Positions 1-14,100 of a DNA stretch of 64,000 bases are shown in pieces. The stretch spans positions 1,920,001 through 1,984,000 of the forward strand of contig CAWCKH010000004.1 in assembly GCA_963796055.1 (NCBI GenBank). The letters are read 5' to 3'. The notes beneath the pieces were generated by a model. It had not been told where the DNA came from, ran no database searches, and worked only from the letters and a program-made list of their open reading frames with translations. The position numbers and the translations under genes are program-made. The stretch is from an uncultured delta proteobacterium (lineage in GTDB: Bacteria; Myxococcota; Myxococcia; Myxococcales; Myxococcaceae). Position 1 is the first letter of the stretch. The number at the start of each line of letters is the position of its first letter.

Positions 1-4280
<4,280 letters not shown>

Positions 4281-4288
<8 letters not shown>

Positions 4289-4598
4289 GGGCGACACCTT
4301 CTTCCGGGCGGCCCGCACGCTGCATCGTGCGCTCGCGGGCAAGCCGGTGGTGCGCTTCGAGACGGTGCTGCCCCAGCTGTCGCGGGTGGACGACGACGCC
4401 CCCATCGCCGGGCGCACCGTGGAGCGGGTGCGCAGCGTGTTCAAGAGCGAGGTCTGCTTCGCCGAGCGGGTGCACCCCTTCACCCCGGGGCTGCGGCGGA
4501 CGACGCACCGGGGCGACCCCTCGGCGCGGCTGTGGGTCTACGGGCGAGACCGGCCCAGCGTCCACGCGAGCGAGGCTTTCCGCAGTCAGTCGCCCTGA
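4281..4598 (+). pseudogene. nei: Fpg/Nei-family DNA glycosylase remnant with two in-frame internal deletions and no zinc finger
   Basis: Starts MPEGDT (catalytic Pro-Glu) overlapping the lhr stop. VERVRSV is joined directly to FKSEVCF (H2TH region), HPFTP is joined to GLRRTT..LWVYGR, and there is no CxxC..CxxC finger. Only 105 aa, far shorter than full-length Fpg/Nei proteins. Confidence 0.8.
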
Positions 4599-4651
4599 CC
4601 GCATCGGCTCCAGAAAGAACCACGCACAAGCACAAAGGGACGATTTGCGTC

Positions 4652-4997
4652 CGCGCGGGTTCCCAGGTTGCACTCGCGAACCCGAATCGGCCGGTCGCCA
4701 GGGGAGGGGGGTCCGGGCACCCGCCGGGGCGTCCGAATTTGGTTCGCAGCTTCAACGTGGGAACCCGCGCGCCGCCAGCGCGCGCCCCGAGCCCCGGGGG
4801 CGAGCGACTGGGGAGGCTGGACACCGGGTCTCGCACCGGACGGCTGCTGCGCTGGTTCCCAGGTTGAACAAGGGAACCCGAACCGGACGCTCTGGCGAGA
4901 CCGCACCCCCCCTCGCCCCCGAGCGTCCGGAAAAGGTTCGCATCGACGAGGGAACCCGAACTGGCGGGATTTGGTAACGCTCGTCAAATGCGAACCC
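4652..4997. repeat. Two tandem imperfect palindromic units (REP/MITE-like)
   Basis: CGCGCGGGTTCCCAGGTTG (4652-4670) pairs with CAACGTGGGAACCCGCGCG (4753-4771, 1 mismatch). The second unit restarts GGTTCCCAGGTTG at 4854 and has the perfect inverted pair CCGGACGCTC (4883-4892)/GAGCGTCCGG (4921-4930). Confidence 0.65.
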
Positions 4998-5302
4998 GGG
5001 CGGGCGGCGTCACCGGAACGGCGCGCGAATTCCCGAGGCAGCCGGTGCCGGAGCCATCCGAATTCGTCGAGGGTCCGGGCACGTCGCCGGCACGAGCTTG
5101 CGCCGGACTTTCTCCGCCGCGGCGCTCGTCACCTCGATCCCCCTCTTGCTCCCCGGCATCCCCGCGCGCGGTCGCCGTCCCTTCACCGTGACAACCTGCC
5201 GCGGCGGTGATCCGGGCCAGGCAGGTCTCGGCAGGGTGACCGCGCCACCGGTCTCTTGCGTCCGCCCCGGGCAGTCTTCTCCATCGGTGGCTCGAACCGT
5301 TC

Positions 5303-6703
5303 TCAGGGTCCCCGCAGCGCGGTGGGCGGCTCGAACAGCGCCTTCCGCTTGGCGGCGATGGCGCCGTGCATCGAGGCATGCCACTGCGCCGGTGGCAGCT
5401 CGTTCACCAGCTTCTCCGCCCGGGCCAAGGTCACCCGCGCGGCGTGCGAGTCCCCCACCCGCGCCTCGGCCTCGGCCCGGACGAGCAGGACCTGGAGCGT
5501 CCGGGGGCCGTAGACCAGCGACGAGGCGCGCCGGGCCTCCTCCAGCGCCTTCCACGGCTCGCGCATCGCGAGGTACGCCACCGCCAGCCGGGCGGGCGGG
5601 TTGTAGTCCTTCGGGAAGTCTCGGGCGCTCTGCTCGAGCACCGGGATGGCCCGCTCGGGCTCGCCCAGCGCGAGATAGGCCGAGAGCCGGTGCGAATCGA
5701 AGACCGCGCGGGCCTCGGGGGTGGTGGCCCGTGCCGCCTCCTGCTCGAGGAACGCCGTCCACCGGAGCGCGGTGGCGTGGGCGCCGGCGAGGTCACCCCG
5801 GGCGCGGCGGGCGACCTCCTCGGTCTCGAAGAGGCTCGAACGGTCGTCGGGCATGAGCACCACCGACAGGTCCCGGGCCAGGATCGCCACCCGGTCCTCC
5901 AGAGCCCCCAGCGCCGCCCTTCGCCGTGGGTCGTCCTCCTCCAGCTCGAGCGCGCAGGAGAGCCCGGTGGCCACCAGGGTGGCGAGCGCGGTGCCCGGCG
6001 CGACGTGCGACAGCTCCTCGCCAGCGAGCTGGACGCAGCCGGCCGGGTTGCCATCCTGCGCCAGCCGCTGCACCAGTCCCTGGACGGCCTGCCCACGGTC
6101 GAGCGAGCGCGGCGCCGACGCCGCCAGCGCCTCGCGGTAGGCCTCGGTGGCCGCGGCGTGGTCTCCGGTGGCGTCGGCGGCGCTCGCCCGGGCCAGCGCC
6201 GCCTGGGCAGGGGTGCCGGGAGCGGCGGGGGTCAGCGCCAGCGCGGTCGCGCGGAGGCGGGCCGCGAGCTCCACCACCGTGGCGCTCCCCACCCAGCGGC
6301 GGAAGGCCTGCCCGGTGCGCGGGTCGATCACCATCAAGGTGGGCAGCGCCTCGGTCGGGAACTGCTCCACGAAGGCTCGGTTGAGCGGCTTCTCGGTATC
6401 CACCTCCAGCCAGACGTACCGGTCCGCGACGGGAGAGAGCACGCCGTCGGGAAAGACGTACGACTTCATGCTCACGCAGCTGTGGCACCAGGGCGCCCAG
6501 GCGTCGACGAACAGCGGCTTGCCCTCGGCCCGGGCCCGGGCCAGCGCGCCCGGGAAGTCGTCGGAGATGAACCGGATGCCGCTGCCCGGCTCGCCGCCCA
6601 CTCCCCCGTGCGCGCACGATGCCAGCGCCAGACCGAGGAGGAGGAGAGCGAGAGCCGGGAGTCGCGGCGCCGAGATGGAGAAGGCCCGGCGCCGCATCGT
6701 CAA
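5303..6703 (-). CDS. Thioredoxin-domain lipoprotein with TPR-like helical repeats
   Basis: Lipobox LASC; FVDAWAPWCHSC active site; LPTL cis-Pro loop; Ala-rich helical C-terminus. ATGA overlap with subunit IV. Confidence 0.8.
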   Translation of the reverse strand: MTMRRRAFSISAPRLPALALLLLGLALASCAHGGVGGEPGSGIRFISDDFPGALARARAEGKPLFVDAWAPWCHSCVSMKSYVFPDGVLSPVADRYVWLEVDTEKPLNRAFVEQFPTEALPTLMVIDPRTGQAFRRWVGSATVVELAARLRATALALTPAAPGTPAQAALARASAADATGDHAAATEAYREALAASAPRSLDRGQAVQGLVQRLAQDGNPAGCVQLAGEELSHVAPGTALATLVATGLSCALELEEDDPRRRAALGALEDRVAILARDLSVVLMPDDRSSLFETEEVARRARGDLAGAHATALRWTAFLEQEAARATTPEARAVFDSHRLSAYLALGEPERAIPVLEQSARDFPKDYNPPARLAVAYLAMREPWKALEEARRASSLVYGPRTLQVLLVRAEAEARVGDSHAARVTLARAEKLVNELPPAQWHASMHGAIAAKRKALFEPPTALRGP

Positions 6704-7155
6704 TGCTCTCCGGCTCTTCCGGAGCTCGGCCCCGGACCGTCCGAGGTGCCCTGGGGAATGTCGGTCATCCCGGGTGGCATCCCGGTGGGCATCATCTTCT
6801 GGTCGACCTTGGGCATGGGCGGGATCCGGGAGTTGGAGAGCGGGAACCGGGTCTCGACGTCGGCGATGACGAAGAACATCAGCACCAGCAGGAACACGAA
6901 GGAGGTGACGAAGACGATGCGGTCGACGCCCTCTCCGTGCCAGAGGTGCATGAAGATCAGCACCACCAGGGTCACCTTGACGGTGGAGATGCAGAGCGCC
7001 GCCGCCAGATGCCCTCCGGGCGACATGTGCAGCTGGGAGAAGCCGAAGGTGGCGAAGGTCAGCCCGCAGAGGATGAGCCAGTTGAGGACCAGCCTGCCGG
7101 GGCCCGTCTCGTGCTTGGGGTGTGCCGCCGCGGCGGCTGGAGTGGTCGAGGCCAT
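6700..7155 (-). CDS. ctaF: Cytochrome c oxidase (caa3) subunit IV
   Basis: Three TM segments, KVTLVVLIFMHL motif, operon position. Confidence 0.88.
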   Translation of the reverse strand: MASTTPAAAAAHPKHETGPGRLVLNWLILCGLTFATFGFSQLHMSPGGHLAAALCISTVKVTLVVLIFMHLWHGEGVDRIVFVTSFVFLLVLMFFVIADVETRFPLSNSRIPPMPKVDQKMMPTGMPPGMTDIPQGTSDGPGPSSGRAGEH

Positions 7156-7159
7156 GGGG

Positions 7160-7831
7160 TCAGACCAGGTAGAGCAGCGGGTAGAGGAAGATCCAGACCA
7201 GGTCCACCAGGTGCCAGTAGAGCCCGGCGTTCTCCACCGGGGCGTAGTAGGTCGGTGAGAACTCCTTCCTCCAGCAGCGGATGGCGACCCAGGTGAGCAG
7301 GCTCATCCCCACGATCACGTGCAGGGCGTGCAGCCCGGTGGAGAAGAAGTAGACCACGTAGAACATCGGCCCGCCGGGGGCGGTGACCTCCGAGAAGCTG
7401 AAGAACTTCCCGGGCAGGGCGCCCTCGTGGAACTTCTCGGTGTACTCGACGGCCTTGATCCCGAGGAATCCGGCCCCCATCGCCACCGAGGCCATCAGGA
7501 GCCAGAAGGCGTTGCGGTTCTTGCCGTGCTCGGCGTTGTAGTGCGCGAGCGCGACGGTGAGGCTGGAGGTCAAGAGAAGCAGCGTGTTCGCCGTCCCCAG
7601 GATGACGCTGAGGTGGCGCGCCGACTGCTCGAACGCCTCTGGGAAATAGCTCCGGAAGACGAAGTAGCCGACGAAGATGCCCGCGAAGAGGAGCACCTCG
7701 GTCCCCAGGAACAGCCACATCCCGAAGCGCAGCGCGCTCTGGTGGTTCTCGATGGTGTCGTAGTGATGCGGAAGTGGAGGCGGCTCCTGCCACCCCTCCG
7801 AAGTCATCTTCCGCGCCGCGCTAGCTTGCAT
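7160..7831 (-). CDS. ctaE: Cytochrome c oxidase subunit III
   Basis: GMWLFLGTEVLLF, TGLHALHV, LYWHLVDLVWIFLYPLLYL. Confidence 0.95.
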   Translation of the reverse strand: MQASAARKMTSEGWQEPPPLPHHYDTIENHQSALRFGMWLFLGTEVLLFAGIFVGYFVFRSYFPEAFEQSARHLSVILGTANTLLLLTSSLTVALAHYNAEHGKNRNAFWLLMASVAMGAGFLGIKAVEYTEKFHEGALPGKFFSFSEVTAPGGPMFYVVYFFSTGLHALHVIVGMSLLTWVAIRCWRKEFSPTYYAPVENAGLYWHLVDLVWIFLYPLLYLV

Positions 7832-9482
7832 GACCCACCTTGGCGAGCTCCTCCGGGACGTCGTGGTACTCGTGAGGTCCCCGGGTGAAGACCGGGACCG
7901 AGTCGAAGTTCTCGGTGGGAGGCGGCGAGGGCACGTCCCACTCGTAGCCGCGGCTGCCCCACGGGTTCCGTCCGGCCACCTCGCCGTACTTCAGGGCGAT
8001 GGCCAGGTAGATGGCGATGATGATGAACCCGAAGGCGAGCAGCGAGGCGCCGGCGGTGGAGGCCACGTTCAGCGCGGTGAAGCGCTCCGGGTACTCGTAG
8101 TACCGCCGCGGCATCCCCGCGTTCCCCAGGAGGAACTGGGGGATGAAGGTGGCGTTGAAGCCGAGGACGATGAGCCCGGCGGCGAGCAGCGCCCAGCTCT
8201 CCGGGTACTTCCGCCCGAACATCTTCGGGAACCAGTAGTGGAGCCCGGCGAGGAACCCCATGATCACCGCCCCCACCATGATGAAGTGGAAGTGGGCGAC
8301 GACGAAGTAGGTGTCCTGCCAGTGCACGTCGAGCGAGACGGTGGCCAGCGCGACGCCGGTCATCCCGCCGAACACCAGGAAGAAGAGGAAGCCGCAGATG
8401 TAGGCGAAGGGGGCGGTGAAGGCGATCGAGCCCTTGTACAGGGTGGCCACCCAGTTGAAGACCTTGATCGCGGTGAACACCCCCACCAGCATCGAGATGG
8501 CGGCGAAGGCCCCGGCGTCGAAGGCGCTCTGGCCCGAGGTGAAGAGGTGATGGCCCCAGGCGAAGAAGCCCACGAAGGCGATGCCCAGTGAGCTCATGGC
8601 GATCATCTTGTAGCCGAAGATGTTCTTCCGGGCGTAGGCGCAGATGGTCTCGCTGATCACGCCCATCGCCGGCAGCACCATGATGTACACCGCCGGGTGG
8701 CTGTAGAACCAGAACAGGTGCTGGAAGAGGATCGGGTCACCTCCGCGGGCGGGGTCGAAGAAGCCGAAGCCGAAGGTGTGCTCGGCGGCGACCAGCAGGG
8801 TGGTGAGCCCCAGCACCGGAGTGGCCAGCACCTGGATGATGCTGGTGGCGTAGATGGCCCAGACGAAGAGGGGCATCTTGAACCAGGTCACGCCCGGGGC
8901 GCGCAGGGTGTGGATGGTGACGATGAAGTTCAGCCCGGTGAGGATCGAGCTGAATCCAATGACGAACACCCCCAGCATCACCGGGGCGATGTTGGTGGTG
9001 GTGGTGGTGCTGTACGGCGCGTAGAAGGTCCAGCCGGTGTCCGCGCCCCCGGTGATCAGCCCCCAGAGCATCAGCGCCGAGCCCGCGAGGTAGACGTAGT
9101 ACGAGGTCAGGTTCCACTTGGGGAACGCCACGTCCTTCGCCCCGAGCATGATCGGAAGGAAGAAGTTTCCGAACACGCCCGGGATGGCGGGGATCATGAA
9201 CATGAAGATCATGATCAGCCCGTGGAGGGTGAACATCCGGTTGTAGGTCAGCGCCTCGATGATCGTCGGCCCCGGGGTGAGCAGCTCGAGCCGGATGACC
9301 ATGGCGAAGATGCCGCCCAGGAAGAGGGCGATCAGCGTCCCCACCAGGTACATGATGGCGATGCGCTTGTGGTCGTGGGTGAGCAGCCAGGAGCGGATGG
9401 TGGTGCCGTCGTTGAGGTAGCTCTTCTTGGGGAGCTCCGCGCCCGCGGGCGACTGAGCAGCGGTGGTGATCGGCGCGGTCAT
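7821..9482 (-). CDS. ctaD: Cytochrome c oxidase subunit I (A2-type)
   Basis: TLHG, GWTFYAP, WFYSHPAVY (YS motif of A2 enzymes), WGHH, HFHF, GMPRRY. Confidence 0.97.
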   Translation of the reverse strand: MTAPITTAAQSPAGAELPKKSYLNDGTTIRSWLLTHDHKRIAIMYLVGTLIALFLGGIFAMVIRLELLTPGPTIIEALTYNRMFTLHGLIMIFMFMIPAIPGVFGNFFLPIMLGAKDVAFPKWNLTSYYVYLAGSALMLWGLITGGADTGWTFYAPYSTTTTTNIAPVMLGVFVIGFSSILTGLNFIVTIHTLRAPGVTWFKMPLFVWAIYATSIIQVLATPVLGLTTLLVAAEHTFGFGFFDPARGGDPILFQHLFWFYSHPAVYIMVLPAMGVISETICAYARKNIFGYKMIAMSSLGIAFVGFFAWGHHLFTSGQSAFDAGAFAAISMLVGVFTAIKVFNWVATLYKGSIAFTAPFAYICGFLFFLVFGGMTGVALATVSLDVHWQDTYFVVAHFHFIMVGAVIMGFLAGLHYWFPKMFGRKYPESWALLAAGLIVLGFNATFIPQFLLGNAGMPRRYYEYPERFTALNVASTAGASLLAFGFIIIAIYLAIALKYGEVAGRNPWGSRGYEWDVPSPPPTENFDSVPVFTRGPHEYHDVPEELAKVGHAS

Positions 9483-10507
9483 TCCTCACCTCCGATGGCC
9501 TGCACGGTGCGGTCGGACCGGAGGCTCTTGATGAACTCCACGATGGCAGCCGTCTCGGCGCCGCTGAGCTTCCCCTGGTAGTTGGGCATGATCGGCTGGT
9601 ACCCGGCGACGACCTTCACCGTGGGCTCCATCATCGACTCGGTGAGGTAGGCCTCGTCGGCGATGATCTCCCGGCCGTCGGCCAGCTTTATTTGTTGTTG
9701 GTAGAGGTCCACCCAGCTGGGGCCGTTGGCGGGCTCGGGGCTGTCCACGTTGTGGCAGCGGAGGCAGCCCTTGAACATGGCCACCTGCTTGCCCCACTGG
9801 GTCAGGCTGCCCTGGGGCGTGACCTGAGTCTCGTCCGCCAGCACGTCCTGGCGGGCCACCAGGCCGCGCTGCTGCTCCTTGATCCACTCGTCGAAGGCCT
9901 CGGGGGCCATCACCACGACCTCGCCCCACATCTTGCTGTGCTGGGCGCCACAGTACTCGGTACAGAGAATCTGGTACCGCCCCGTCTTGGTGGCGGTGAA
10001 CCAGGTCTCGGTGTAGCGGCCCGGCAGCGCGTCCATCTTCACCCGGAAGGCGGGGACGAAGAACGAGTGGTTGACGTCGCGGGAGGTGATCAGCAACCGC
10101 ACCGGGCGGTTGGCCGGGACGTGGAGCACGCCGATGGCGTTCGGTCCCTCGGGGTAGGCGAACTTCCACATCCACTGCTTGGCCATCACGTAGACGTCCA
10201 TCGCCTCCGCAGGGGGCGAGGAGAGCTTCACGAAGTCGCGGAAGCCGATGGCGAACCACACCAGGAAGAACGCCAGCGGCACGCTGATCGCCAGCACCTC
10301 GAACATCGGGGTGGGGGAAACGAACGGCGTGGCCTCGTTCTCGCGCCGCCGCCGGTACTTCCAGAAGAAGGCGATGGCGGTGAGCCCCACCGCCAGGCTG
10401 GAGACCATCGTGACGGTGATCACGAAGTAGTGGAGATTGTCGACGTCCTGGGCGAACGTCGAGGCCTGCTCGGGCAGGAACAGCAGGCGCCTCATGAGCT
10501 CGTTCAT
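9479..10507 (-). CDS. ctaC: Cytochrome c oxidase subunit II with fused cytochrome c (caa3)
   Basis: QWMWKF, DVNHSF, CuA motif CTEYCGAQHSKM, heme-c motif CLRCH and distal MP. Confidence 0.96.
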   Translation of the reverse strand: MNELMRRLLFLPEQASTFAQDVDNLHYFVITVTMVSSLAVGLTAIAFFWKYRRRRENEATPFVSPTPMFEVLAISVPLAFFLVWFAIGFRDFVKLSSPPAEAMDVYVMAKQWMWKFAYPEGPNAIGVLHVPANRPVRLLITSRDVNHSFFVPAFRVKMDALPGRYTETWFTATKTGRYQILCTEYCGAQHSKMWGEVVVMAPEAFDEWIKEQQRGLVARQDVLADETQVTPQGSLTQWGKQVAMFKGCLRCHNVDSPEPANGPSWVDLYQQQIKLADGREIIADEAYLTESMMEPTVKVVAGYQPIMPNYQGKLSGAETAAIVEFIKSLRSDRTVQAIGGEE

Positions 10508-11322
10508 GCCGCCGCACCCCGTCGCTTCTTCAGCTTCAAGTCCTGCCTCCAGAGCACGGTCAGTAAGGCCACCAGCGCGGCGAAGACCAGCAGGGCCCCG
10601 ATGCGGATGAACGCCAGCACGTAGGGGGTATAGCTGCGCTTCGCCGGGTCGTACTTGAAGCAGGTGAGCAGCACGCGATCGAAGGCGGTGCCCACCTTCC
10701 CCTTGCCGGCCTCGACCAGGGCCAGCTTCATGTCTTGCGCCGGGTACTCGATGCCGTACAGGTACCGCGACAGCCGACCGTCCTCGGAGAGGACGAAGGC
10801 GACCGAGGCATGCGCGAACTGCTTGCTCGGCGGGTCATACCGGTACTTGAAGCCGGTGGCCCTGGCGAGCGCCTGGATCACCGGCTCGGAGGCGGTGGCG
10901 AACCGCCACTCCGGCGTGGTGGGGGAGACGCCCAGCGCCTGCATGTGGCCCCGCTTCGACTCGGCGGCGTCGCGCGAAGTCTCCGCCGGATCGATGCTCA
11001 CCACCACCGCCCGGTAGTCCTGGCCGAGCTTCATCCCCGAGTCCCGGAGCGTCCGGGTCAGGCTGGAGAGGGTCAGGCTGCAGAGCTGCGGGCAGCGGTA
11101 GTAGACCAGCGCCAGCACCACCGGCTTGCCGCGGTGGAGCTCGTCCGCCAGCCGGAAGGGCCGGCCCTCGGAGTCGACCAGCCGGCCGTCCTCGGGCACC
11201 CGGTCGCCGAGCTGCTCGATGACGTCCACCCCCTGCATCGGGGCAGGCACGTTCAGCTGGGCTCCCGCGGCGAGCGGCAGGAGCGCGCCCAGGGCGAGGG
11301 CGATGGTGCCCGGGCGCCTCAC
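10504..11322 (-). CDS. SCO family copper chaperone
   Basis: Signal peptide, YYRCPQLC (CxxxC), FAH, C-terminal TM; lies between the act and cta genes. Confidence 0.9.
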   Translation of the reverse strand: MRRPGTIALALGALLPLAAGAQLNVPAPMQGVDVIEQLGDRVPEDGRLVDSEGRPFRLADELHRGKPVVLALVYYRCPQLCSLTLSSLTRTLRDSGMKLGQDYRAVVVSIDPAETSRDAAESKRGHMQALGVSPTTPEWRFATASEPVIQALARATGFKYRYDPPSKQFAHASVAFVLSEDGRLSRYLYGIEYPAQDMKLALVEAGKGKVGTAFDRVLLTCFKYDPAKRSYTPYVLAFIRIGALLVFAALVALLTVLWRQDLKLKKRRGAAA

Positions 11323-11732
11323 TTCCGGGGGCCGCCCTTCCTGGCCTGTTCGGAGAGGTACATCTTCATCGCCTCGTCGATGGGGATGTGGGCGACGCCG
11401 GCCTCGCGGTCCACCCAGCCGTAGCTGCGCAGCCGCTCGATCTGCTGGAGCCGCTTCTGCGCCGCCCGCTGGTCCAGGGCGAAGACCCGCTGGTTCACGA
11501 TGCCCACCTCGTACTCGTCCACCTGCCTGGGCACCGGCGGCGGGCCGGCAGGCTGCATCGCGGCGCGGGTGGAGTTCAGGATGTGCGTCGACCAGACGGT
11601 GGCCACGGCGAAGATGATGATCGAGCCCACGCCAACGCCGATGATCGACTTCCAGTTCATCTGCTGCTGGGCATGCGCCACCTCGGCGGCGCCGTGGCCG
11701 GCCGGATCATGGGTCTGGGCGGTGGTGCTCAT
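11319..11732 (-). CDS. actG: Small single-TM alternative complex III subunit (ActG-like)
   Basis: Likely start MSTTAQ (ATGA overlap with actF), one TM helix, LRSYGWVDREAGVAHIPIDEAM motif. Confidence 0.7.
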   Translation of the reverse strand: MSTTAQTHDPAGHGAAEVAHAQQQMNWKSIIGVGVGSIIIFAVATVWSTHILNSTRAAMQPAGPPPVPRQVDEYEVGIVNQRVFALDQRAAQKRLQQIERLRSYGWVDREAGVAHIPIDEAMKMYLSEQARKGGPRK

Positions 11733-12946
11733 GCCTGCTGGTACCTCAGCGAGTCGGCCAGGTACGGGTCCTTGACCGGGAGGGTGAAGTGGCCCGCGGC
11801 GCGCCAGCGGGCGAAAGCGATGGCCACCCCGCCTACCCCGATGATCGAGGTCACGTGCGTCCAGTGGAGGAAGAACCCCTGCGGATGGAGCGCCGGGATC
11901 ACCAGCCAGAGGAGGTCCACCCAGTGCACGAAGAGGATCCACACCGCGACGAAGGCCAGACCGCGAGGGTTGAACTTCAGGCTCCGGGAGAGCAGAGCGA
12001 AGAAGGGAATGACGAAGTGGGTGATGATCAGGAAGATGCCCACGCCCTGCCAGCCGCCCCGCATCCGCACCACGTACCAGGCCGACTCCTCGGGGATGTT
12101 GGCGATCCAGATGAGCATGAACTGGTCGAAGGCGATGTAGGTCCAGAAGGCGGTGAAGGCCAGCATCAGCTTGCCCAGGTTGTGGGTGTGGTGCCGGGTC
12201 ACCAGCCCACCGAACAGCCGCGGCTCGTTCCGGGTCCGGACGGTGATGACGGTCAGGAGCGCGATGGAGGCCAGGAAGCTGCCAGCGAAGTAGTAGGCGC
12301 CGAAGATGGTGGAGTACCAGAAGGGATCCACCGACATCAGCCAGTCGAAACCAGCGAAGGTGATGGACAGCCCGAGGAAGGGCAGCGCGCCCGAGCCGTA
12401 GCGCCGCATGCGTCGGGTGGGCTCCAGCCCGCCCTCCTGGTCCTGCCGGAGCGACCAGCCGCGGAGCAGCTGGTTCACCACCACCCAGATGGCGAAGTAG
12501 ACCACCGCCCGGACGAGGAATCCGGGCACGTTCAGCCAGGCGGCCTTGTGGGTGAGCAGCTCCAGCTGCTCGTGGCTCATCTTGTTCGAGGGACTCACCC
12601 AGGGGAACAGCACCGGCATCCCCAGGGCAATCGGCAGGAACAGCAGGACGAAGATGGGGATCGCCGCGCCCATCGACTCGAACACCCGCCGCAGCACCGT
12701 CATCCACCGCGCGGCGGAGGCGTGGAAGATGGCGTTCCAGATGCTCGCCGCGATGGCGATCCCCAGCCAATAGGCGAAGGCGACGAGGTAGCCGGCGAGG
12801 ATGATTGACCGGTCCTCGCCCTCCATGCCGTAGCCGATGGCGGTCAGGACCAGCCCGGCGACGCCGAGCCCGGCGGCGATGGTGAAGGTCCTCCCCCCGG
12901 GCTTGAGCCGGTCCTGGGTGATGGTGGTGGGACCTACCTCGACCAT
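11729..12946 (-). CDS. actF: Alternative complex III membrane subunit ActF
   Basis: Polytopic; KAAWLN..F..R, FDWLMS.DP.WYSTIFG, LGKLMLAF..FW.Y..F.QFMLIWIANIPEE. Confidence 0.9.
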   Translation of the reverse strand: MVEVGPTTITQDRLKPGGRTFTIAAGLGVAGLVLTAIGYGMEGEDRSIILAGYLVAFAYWLGIAIAASIWNAIFHASAARWMTVLRRVFESMGAAIPIFVLLFLPIALGMPVLFPWVSPSNKMSHEQLELLTHKAAWLNVPGFLVRAVVYFAIWVVVNQLLRGWSLRQDQEGGLEPTRRMRRYGSGALPFLGLSITFAGFDWLMSVDPFWYSTIFGAYYFAGSFLASIALLTVITVRTRNEPRLFGGLVTRHHTHNLGKLMLAFTAFWTYIAFDQFMLIWIANIPEESAWYVVRMRGGWQGVGIFLIITHFVIPFFALLSRSLKFNPRGLAFVAVWILFVHWVDLLWLVIPALHPQGFFLHWTHVTSIIGVGGVAIAFARWRAAGHFTLPVKDPYLADSLRYQQA

Positions 12947-13536
12947 GTCTGCCCCTCCCGGAGGCGGCGCTGCACATCCGCCGGCAGCGAGTTCACCGGC
13001 GCGTTCTGGCTGAGCTGCAACGCCTGCACGTAGGCCACCACCGCCCAGCGCTCGTCGGTGGGGATCTCCCCGGAGAACGAGGGCATGAGCCCGTAGCCCT
13101 CGGTGATGGCCTGGTAGAAGAAGCCTGGCGGCCGGAACCCGAGCGCCACCAGCGAGGGTGGCAACCGGGTGGCCATGTTGTCCGCCACCATGCTGTCCCC
13201 GTTCCCCACCAGTCCGTGGCAGTTGGAGCACACCACCTCGTAGCGGTGGCGGCCGCGGGCCAGCAGCTCGGGGGTCACCGGGATGGGGATGTGGGTGACC
13301 AGCTGGCCGTCGACCATCCCGGTGCTGATGCCGGGAGCGCCCACCACCGCCTCGCGGGAGATGGTCCCCTGGGGAGGCGTCCGCATCCCGCGCCCGTCGG
13401 CGTAGAGGCCGTTGGCGCTGTAGGGCAGGATCTTGTCCTGCACCTCCATGCGCTGCAGAACGTCGCTGGCCCGAGTTCCGGCGCAGCTGCACCCGGAGAG
13501 GACGCCGAGGCCGAGGAGGAAGAGAACCGGCCTCAT
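12934..13536 (-). CDS. actE: Alternative complex III monoheme cytochrome c lipoprotein ActE
   Basis: Lipobox LSGC; MRTPP.GT, RG..RY...CSNCHG, MPS, RWAVVAYV.ALQ. Confidence 0.9.
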   Translation of the reverse strand: MRPVLFLLGLGVLSGCSCAGTRASDVLQRMEVQDKILPYSANGLYADGRGMRTPPQGTISREAVVGAPGISTGMVDGQLVTHIPIPVTPELLARGRHRYEVVCSNCHGLVGNGDSMVADNMATRLPPSLVALGFRPPGFFYQAITEGYGLMPSFSGEIPTDERWAVVAYVQALQLSQNAPVNSLPADVQRRLREGQTWSR

Positions 13537-14096
13537 TCCACCGCCTCCTGCACGTCGAGCACTTCCACCGCACCCAGCTGGGTGAGGACCGCGCTGACGT
13601 CCTTGACCTCGCCGCGCGGTGGGAGCGCCACGCTCATCCAGAACCCGTCGTTCACCGCGCTCCGGAACTGCTCGGACTCGAACACCGCGTGGTACGGCTG
13701 GGGGAGCCGCATCAGGATGAGCAGCCCGAAGAAGATGCTCAGCGACGCGAGCAGCACCGTGGTCTCGAAGGTGATGGGGATGAACGAGGGAGGTGCGTGG
13801 GGCGGCCGTCCTCCGACGTTGATCGGCCAGTTCACCGCGTTCATGTAGACCATCATGAGGTAGCCGCCGAAGGTTCCGGTGAGCCCGCCGGCGAGGGCGA
13901 TCCGCGGCACCCGGCTGCGTCCGAGTCCCAGGGCCTCGTCCCCGCCGTGCAGCGGATAGGGCGAGTGGGTGTCGATGGTCTCGAAGCCCTTCTCCCGGAC
14001 CTTGTAGCAGGCTTCCACCAGCGCCTCGCCGCTCGGAAAACGCCCGAGGACGAAGGTCTTGCCGACTGGAGCAGCGTGTTCCGCGGCGTGTTCCAT
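13533..14096 (-). CDS. actD: Alternative complex III subunit ActD (DUF3341)
   Basis: HSPYPLHG..EALG, WPINVGGRP, FIPITFE.TVL. Confidence 0.9.
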   Translation of the reverse strand: MEHAAEHAAPVGKTFVLGRFPSGEALVEACYKVREKGFETIDTHSPYPLHGGDEALGLGRSRVPRIALAGGLTGTFGGYLMMVYMNAVNWPINVGGRPPHAPPSFIPITFETTVLLASLSIFFGLLILMRLPQPYHAVFESEQFRSAVNDGFWMSVALPPRGEVKDVSAVLTQLGAVEVLDVQEAVE

Positions 14097-14100
14097 TCGA

